From a virus (lineage: Duplodnaviria > Heunggongvirae > Uroviricota > Caudoviricetes), in IMG/VR virus record IMGVR_UViG_2565956633_000005, positions 1-42,184 of that record: DNA of 42,184 nucleotides; one strand, given 5' to 3'. Made by a program: the position numbers and the translations under genes. The notes beneath the pieces were generated by a model, which ran no database searches, was not told the origin of the DNA, and worked only from the letters and a program-made list of their open reading frames with translations. How positions within the stretch are numbered: position 1 is the first letter of the stretch; each line of letters opens with the position of its first letter. Positions 35,961 to 42,184 of this stretch are shown here, one piece after another.

Positions 35961-38900
35961 ATGGAATTCTTTAATGTGGTTAAAGCCACTCAGAAATCCG
36001 GAAAGCAAGATGCAGTGGTCTGGTTCACTGCTAAAACCGAGGCTCGCGCCAATCTGATGCTGGATGTTGCGCTGGAAGATGCAGGTATCGAAACAGGTCG
36101 GGGTAAGGACTACGCCAAACCGATTCGCACTGATTTCCCAGTTGTCGACGGCCTGCCGAAAGAAGGTGAAGTTGATTTTACCTGGTGTGATCGCTACGAG
36201 CTTCAGGACGATGGGCGCACCTGGCTGCCAAAAGCCGCTGGTGTGTCTACTGGTTCCGTTGACGCCCCCTACACACCTACTCCGACCGTAATCGTTGAAG
36301 ATGCGACTGCGTCCGAAATTGTCCCGGTTGAAAACCGTACTCCAGCGGTCCGCTTTGCCGTCCATCTGATGAACGATAAATACCAAACCCACGTCACTAA
36401 AGAGCAGCAGTTGGCTGCCAGCGAAATGTCACTGGATGAAGGCAATACATATCTCCATAGCCTGCTTGTGGCAAGGAACGATGTGCCCGCGACCGCCAAA
36501 CTCAGCCTGAATGCTGAGTGGAAAATGATTCGGGCGGTTAAGGACATTTTCACACCCGACGAAGAGCACGAACCAAGATTGATCGCTGCATTCATGTCTG
36601 ACTGGGTGAACACCGATGCCGGTGACCGCAATCAACTGGTAGAAGACTGGCGCAGTGGTAAGTTGCAGTTGCTCAAAACTGAAACCAGCAACGCTGCTGA
36701 CGTTACAACGGGTCAAGATCTCACTGTTGAGGACGGTATCCAGACCGACGAGAACGGCCGGGCAGAAGGTGGCGTCGTTGATGGTGAAGTCGATACCGAA
36801 GAGCAATCCCAGCAGACACAGCAACCGAACCTGATCGTTGTTGCCACCCTGCCATTCCGCCAGCGCGTACTGGCTCAGTTCATCGGTGATGGTGAATATC
36901 TCTATCACATCGACGCAGGGCAGAAAAATGAGATTGTCCGCCTTGAGATGGACACCGATGACGCGTACGTCCAGAACCTGCTGCTGGCAGCTGAGAATGT
37001 GGAAGCATTCAAAAAAGCCATTGAGCACGATATTCATAAAGTCGTGAATGCCGTTAAGAAAGTCTTCCCTGTCGATGGAAAAATCCCTGAACTCGCAACC
37101 TTAATCCAGTTTTTGAAATTGTGGTTCGCTACAGATCACATCGACCGCGGTATCCTCGTTCGCGAATGGGCCGCCGGTAATCGCATCAGTAGTGTGCAGC
37201 GTACTGATTCCGGAACCAATGCCAACGGCGGTTACGTCACTGACCGTGGACCTGATACATACCATACCCTTGACACTCTCGATTTAGAGATTGCATGTGC
37301 CCTTCTGCCTATGGACTTCAACCACTTCGAGATCCCGGGCAGCATTCTTCGTCGCGCTAAAGAAATCGTGACCAAAAAAGAAGAACCATGGAAATCATGG
37401 AGCAACATCCTGCGCAATCAGCCAGGCGTTCTGGGTGTTAACCGCACGGCTATTTTTAACCTGGTACGTATCGCACCGGAAAATATTCATTTAACTCCTG
37501 TCGCTCACCTGGAATTTGTTAACCAGACCATGACAGCCGCGTTCAATTCCGCGGTCGAGTTATTGCCGTTGCATGAGGCTGAACCCGCAGCACAGGAAAT
37601 TCCCCAACCTGAAGGTAAGGAGTCTCCGCGCAAATCCTTCTGCACTCACGAAGAGAACCTGCAACGCGTGCGTGAAGAAGGAGCACGCCGCCGCGCAGAG
37701 GAAGCGGCAGCACAACCGCAGAAAGTCGAACAAGAACTGGTTAAAAATGTCGGCAACGGAATATTCGACGTTACGGCTTTGCTGCAGAACTCAGCAACTC
37801 ATGGCACGAAAAAGGCTACGGAGACCACCAGCAATGTGCAGGTTCAAGAAACTGTCAGTGATGAAAAACAAGCTGGTGATGAAGTACAGCCAGGCGAAAG
37901 CAGTCTGGAGTCTGGTGAAGAGTCAGATACCAGCCAGAAGGACGATGTAAACCAGAATACGGATTCTGTCGCCAAAAATAGCGATTCTGTAAGCCAAACC
38001 GAACCAGTTGCAGCACAAACCGAGCCAGAAGCGCAATCTGACGAACCGGCTGTTGTTTATCCCGCTTATTTCGAGCCAGGCCGCTATGAAGGGCTGCCAA
38101 ACGAGGTTTACCACGCCGCCAACGGCATCAGCTCAACCCAGGTGAAAGATGCGCGCGTTTCGCTGATGTACTTCAATGCGCGCCACGTAGAGAAAACCAT
38201 CGTCAAAGAGCGCTCAGCGGTGCTGGACATGGGCAACTTGGTGCATGCGCTGGCGTTGCAGCCTGAACTACTGGACGCAGAATTCAGCGTTGAACCGGTG
38301 ATCCCTGAAGGCGCATTCACAACGGCCGCGACCCTGCGCGCCTTTATCGATGAGCACAATGCCAGCCTGCCGGCGCTGCTGTCTGCCGACGACATCAAGG
38401 TGTTACTGGAAGAGTACAACGCCACCCTGCCGCCGCAGGTTCCGCTTGGCGCTAACCTGGAAGAAACGGCACAGAACTATATGGCGCTGCCAGCTGACTT
38501 CCAGCGTATTGATGGTGACCAGAAGCAGACGGCGACGGCAATGAAGGCATGCATTAAAGAGTACAACGCCACCCTGCCGCCGCCGGTTAAAACCAGCGGC
38601 AGCCGTGACGCGCTGCTGGAGCAGTTGGCAATCATCAACCCTGACCTTGTGGCTCAGGAAGCACAGAAACCGGCACCACTGAAAGTGTCCGGTACCAAAG
38701 CAGACATGATCCAGGCCGTGAAGGCAGTCAAACCAGATGCCGTATTTGCCGACGAACTGCTGGATGCCTGGCGCGATAACCCGGAAGGAAAAGTGCTGGT
38801 CACCCGCCAGCAGCTGAGCACCGCGCTGAATATTCAAAAAGCGCTTCTGGCACACCCGACCGCCGGCATGCTGCTGACCCACCCTAGCCGAGCCGTTGAG

Positions 38901-39350
38901 GTGAGCTACTTTGGTTTTGACGAGGAGACGGGCTTGGAAGTTCGTGTGCGCCCTGACCTTGAGATCGACCTGGATGGCGTGCGTATAGGTGCAGACCTGA
39001 AAACCATCAGCATGTGGAATGTTAAGCAGGAAAGCCTGCGCGCCAGGCTACACCGGGAAATTATTGAACGTGATTATCACCTGAGCGCGGCTATGTACTG
39101 CGAAACCGCAGCGCTGGATCAGTTCTTCTGGATTTTCGTCAACAAAGACGAGAACTACCACTGGATCGCCATCATCGAGGCATCCGCTGAACTACTGGAG
39201 CTGGGTATGCTCGAGTACCGCAAAGCGATGCGCAATATCGCAACCGGATTCGACACAGGTGAATGGCCAGCGCCAATCACTGCTGACTACACCGACGAAC
39301 TGAACGACTTCGACCTGCGCCGCCTTGAAGCGCTGCGTACTCAGGCATAA
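35961..39350 (+). CDS. recE: large RecE-like exonuclease (putative exodeoxyribonuclease VIII-type)
   Basis: 1129-aa ORF with TGAGGA RBS directly upstream of RecT-like gene; nuclease assignment by synteny, tentative. Confidence 0.5.
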   Translation: MEFFNVVKATQKSGKQDAVVWFTAKTEARANLMLDVALEDAGIETGRGKDYAKPIRTDFPVVDGLPKEGEVDFTWCDRYELQDDGRTWLPKAAGVSTGSVDAPYTPTPTVIVEDATASEIVPVENRTPAVRFAVHLMNDKYQTHVTKEQQLAASEMSLDEGNTYLHSLLVARNDVPATAKLSLNAEWKMIRAVKDIFTPDEEHEPRLIAAFMSDWVNTDAGDRNQLVEDWRSGKLQLLKTETSNAADVTTGQDLTVEDGIQTDENGRAEGGVVDGEVDTEEQSQQTQQPNLIVVATLPFRQRVLAQFIGDGEYLYHIDAGQKNEIVRLEMDTDDAYVQNLLLAAENVEAFKKAIEHDIHKVVNAVKKVFPVDGKIPELATLIQFLKLWFATDHIDRGILVREWAAGNRISSVQRTDSGTNANGGYVTDRGPDTYHTLDTLDLEIACALLPMDFNHFEIPGSILRRAKEIVTKKEEPWKSWSNILRNQPGVLGVNRTAIFNLVRIAPENIHLTPVAHLEFVNQTMTAAFNSAVELLPLHEAEPAAQEIPQPEGKESPRKSFCTHEENLQRVREEGARRRAEEAAAQPQKVEQELVKNVGNGIFDVTALLQNSATHGTKKATETTSNVQVQETVSDEKQAGDEVQPGESSLESGEESDTSQKDDVNQNTDSVAKNSDSVSQTEPVAAQTEPEAQSDEPAVVYPAYFEPGRYEGLPNEVYHAANGISSTQVKDARVSLMYFNARHVEKTIVKERSAVLDMGNLVHALALQPELLDAEFSVEPVIPEGAFTTAATLRAFIDEHNASLPALLSADDIKVLLEEYNATLPPQVPLGANLEETAQNYMALPADFQRIDGDQKQTATAMKACIKEYNATLPPPVKTSGSRDALLEQLAIINPDLVAQEAQKPAPLKVSGTKADMIQAVKAVKPDAVFADELLDAWRDNPEGKVLVTRQQLSTALNIQKALLAHPTAGMLLTHPSRAVEVSYFGFDEETGLEVRVRPDLEIDLDGVRIGADLKTISMWNVKQESLRARLHREIIERDYHLSAAMYCETAALDQFFWIFVNKDENYHWIAIIEASAELLELGMLEYRKAMRNIATGFDTGEWPAPITADYTDELNDFDLRRLEALRTQA

Positions 39351-39355
39351 GGGGA

Positions 39356-40474
39356 ATGATGATGGAAAACACGAATATCGTAACCGCTGAACAGCAGACT
39401 CCAAACACGATCTCAGCCAGCAATGCCATTTTCAACGTGCAGGCTTTAACCCAGCTTCAGTCTGTCGCCGGGTTGATGGCACAGGCAGCCGTAACGGTGC
39501 CTGAGCACCTCCGCGGCAATCCGGCAGACTGCATGGCCATCATCATGCAGGCGATGCAGTGGGGTATGAACCCTTACGCCGTGGCGCAAAAGACGCACCT
39601 GGTTAACGGTGTCCTGGGATACGAAGCGCAACTGGTTAATGCGGTGATCTCCAGCTCAAACGCCATCGTTGGCCGCTTTCACTATGAGTACGAGGGCGAC
39701 TGGTCGAAATGTGCCAGCAGCCGCGAGATAACCGTTAAAAAGCCTGCGAAAGGTGGCGGGACGTACGACAAGAAAGAAATGGTACGCGGTTGGGAAAGTG
39801 CTGATGAACAAGGACTGTCGGTACGGGTAGGTGCCGTTATTCGCGGTGAAAGTGATATCACCTGGGGAGAGCCTGTTTTCCTCTCCAGCGTAATCACACG
39901 TAATTCTCCACTTTGGGTATCAAACCCGAAACAGCAGATCGCTTATCTGGCACTCAAATACTGGGCGCGCCTGTATTGCCCTGCAGTTGTTCTTGGTGTG
40001 TACACCCCTGATGAGATTGAACAGCGCACAGAAAAAGAGATCAACCCAACGCCGCAACGCGTTAGCCTGGCTGATATCTCAGGTGACACCGTCACAACCA
40101 CGCAAAGCGCACAGGAATCGTCGGTAAATGTCGACTCTCTTGCCGATGATTTCCGCGAACGCATCGAATCTGCTCAGGACGTGGATAGCGCCAAATCGCT
40201 GCGTGCCGACATTGAAACGGCGAAAGCTACGCTGGGATCCGCACTATTCACCGAGCTAAAAAACAAAGCCGTAAAGCGTTATTACCTAGTGGATGCACGC
40301 AACAAGGTTGAGGAGGCTATTAAATCCCTGCCCCAGCCCGACGAGCCGCATGCAGCCGAACGGTTCGCTGAAGCCGAGCGCATGCTTGCATCTTCAAAGC
40401 GTCACTTAGGCGATGAACTGCACGATCAATTCAGCATCACCCTGGCGGATATGAAACCGGAATACGTGGCCTGA
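39356..40474 (+). CDS. recT: RecT/Red-beta family single-strand annealing protein
   Basis: ...IIMQAMQWGMNPYAVAQKTHLVNGVLGYEAQL... resembles Bet/RecT core; AAGGGG RBS. Confidence 0.55.
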   Translation: MMMENTNIVTAEQQTPNTISASNAIFNVQALTQLQSVAGLMAQAAVTVPEHLRGNPADCMAIIMQAMQWGMNPYAVAQKTHLVNGVLGYEAQLVNAVISSSNAIVGRFHYEYEGDWSKCASSREITVKKPAKGGGTYDKKEMVRGWESADEQGLSVRVGAVIRGESDITWGEPVFLSSVITRNSPLWVSNPKQQIAYLALKYWARLYCPAVVLGVYTPDEIEQRTEKEINPTPQRVSLADISGDTVTTTQSAQESSVNVDSLADDFRERIESAQDVDSAKSLRADIETAKATLGSALFTELKNKAVKRYYLVDARNKVEEAIKSLPQPDEPHAAERFAEAERMLASSKRHLGDELHDQFSITLADMKPEYVA

Positions 40475-40512
40475 CGAAACCGGGAGGGGTAACCCTCCCT
40501 CAAGGAGATTAT

Positions 40513-40755
40513 ATGCGACTGATCAATCGAGGAAGTAAGCAATCACCTTTAGCTCGCCAAGCATGCGACATCGCGCTGGCAGCTCACTTGCAAACATATG
40601 GCGACTATGGGCGAAGCAAGATGAAAGAGACTTATACGGTGAAGGTTGAAGGCGTGAAAGTCTGGGTGGAGGTGGTGAACCGAAAGGCGAGCTACGTGGC
40701 CACAGCGATGACCGGCATGCGCCGTCTCCGCTCCCTGCCCGGGCAGGTTGGTTGA
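40513..40755 (+). CDS. hypothetical protein
   Basis: 80 aa with AAGGAG RBS. Confidence 0.4.
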   Translation: MRLINRGSKQSPLARQACDIALAAHLQTYGDYGRSKMKETYTVKVEGVKVWVEVVNRKASYVATAMTGMRRLRSLPGQVG

Positions 40756-40796
40756 AAAAGATTTTGAATGGCCCGAACGGGCAACTGGAGAGAGCT

Positions 40797-40994
40797 ATGG
40801 ATGATATTTTGGTAACGTCAGACCTGACCAGTCGCTACAAAATTTCACGCAAAACCCTTTGGTCATGGCAAAGTGCAGACACAATGCCTCGGGGCTTCGT
40901 ATGCCCGTTCCCACCCCCTGACTGGCCCGGCAACCCTAACCGCTGGCGCTCTGAGTCAATCAAAGAGTGGGAGGATAAAAAGAAGATAAATTAA
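40797..40994 (+). CDS. xis: excisionase / AlpA-family DNA-binding protein
   Basis: ATG at 40797 with GGAGAG RBS; ...[10 protein letters not shown]...FP.P pattern; convergent with int, overlapping stops. Confidence 0.55.
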
Positions 40995-42184
40995 CTGAAG
41001 GGCTCTCCGATGATCTCTTCAAGATGGCTCTGCCAAACGCGGAGCCAGTGTTTCTGATCATCGATATAGTCATGAAGGTTGTAATGCGCCATAACCCCCA
41101 CCATCTGATGCCCGAGCAGCTTTTCAATTACGTGCGGCGGGCAACCTAACTCAGAGAGATTTGTGGCTATCGTCCGCCTCATATCATGAAGCGACCACTC
41201 TGCCATACCTGTTCCATTCCAAATAGAACGGGCGTAATTGGATGCCACAGGTGAATGAACGGGCGAATCTTTGATCCCGCCATCAATTTTACGTTGTGAA
41301 GTCACCAGGTGATTGGTGTTTATTTTCTTGAGGTGATTTCTGACCAGGTTAACGGCGGCGTCTGAGAGTCCCCTTCTAATATGTACCCGAGTTTTATAAC
41401 TGCCCGCAGGCACGACCCACTCATTATCATCCAATCGAAACCATGATCTCTCACTAAGTCGAATCTCAGCCGTACGGCATCCGGTAAGCATAATAAATTT
41501 CACCAGGAAAACGGACTCTATCGACATATGGCTTTTCAACCACTGATAGATTTTGCGCAGATCGTCATCGTCCATCCTGCGAGTTCTCTTTTTAGGCTTT
41601 TGCCCGACATCAGATGGCAGTAATCCCTCGAGTGGGTTTGAGGCGATCACACTTCTGTTAACGCAGAACCTAAACGCCCGTTTGCACAGCGAAAGCATGT
41701 AATGAGCCATCACCCTGCTTTCTATAGAATCGAAGACGTTGATCCAGTGCATTTTCGCTGTGTTATCGACTTTGACATTCTTCATCGGTTCGGCGATATG
41801 TTTCTCAAACACCTGGCGATAGTAATCGACTTTAACTAGCCCGTTAGCGATACAGTGCCTTTCAATCCAGTAATTGAACGCTTCGGCAACGGACATCGCT
41901 TCCTGTCGGGTCTGCTTATCCAGCTTCACCTGCTCTCGCGGATCCAGTCCCTCAGTTAACCAGTTTCTGAATTGTTGGCGACGCTCTCTTGCCTGGGTGA
42001 TACTCATTGCAGGATAATCACCAACATTGAGTTTTACCGCTTTACCGGCCCAGCGATACCGATAGAAAAATGATATTTTTCCGGCCTGGCTGATTCTGGC
42101 GTTGAGCCCGTGCGAATCAGAAATAATCTCGATATCATCTCTTTTCTTGCCGAGCGCCTTCCTGAGCTTTGTGTCGGTGATCAT
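40991..42184 (-). CDS. int: tyrosine integrase (P4-like)
   Basis: 397 aa; HxxR (LHDMRRT) and catalytic Tyr region (MAHYNLHDY); ATG at window edge. Confidence 0.85.

Noticed and set aside
36429-37037. 202-aa minus-strand ORF (and others at 35871-36392, 38403-38882)
   Set aside because: Antisense inside the 1129-aa RecE-like gene; no RBS context
1-42184. CRISPR arrays, rRNA genes, IS elements/transposases
   Set aside because: No regularly spaced repeat-spacer array, no rRNA-like sequence and no transposase-like ORF found on reading the window

Overview
The whole window reads as one temperate phage or prophage segment with a mosaic architecture; no host genes, rRNA, CRISPR array or transposase were seen. 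All calls come from reading the sequence and ORF track by eye, with family names recalled from memory; no searches were run. Left to right: a tail fiber gene cut by the window start, a Mu-like contractile-tail module (baseplate, DNA circularization protein, tape measure, frameshifted chaperone, tube, sheath), a lambda-like head module (capsid E, decoration D, scaffold, S49 protease, portal, gpW, terminase A/Nu1), a cosB-like repeat cluster, a phage-21-type lysis cassette, a late-leader region with tRNA-Asn(GTT) and an HNH endonuclease, Q, nin genes, Ren, replication genes P and O with intragenic iterons, and a cro / cI immunity switch. Genes up to 30946 are mostly on the minus strand; from 31031 to 40994 they are on the plus strand (cI, accessory operon, early-left operon with RecE/RecT-like genes, xis), ending with a minus-strand tyrosine integrase at the right edge. 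The strongest candidate for an undescribed system is an AT-rich, translationally coupled two-gene operon at 32065-33473, sitting where lambda carries rexAB, encoding a small protein with a minimal nucleotidyltransferase signature plus a 310-aa protein with no recognisable motifs. Other accessory candidates are a two-TM membrane moron inside the tail operon, a secreted-protein moron in the bor-equivalent position, and several repeat or hairpin elements.
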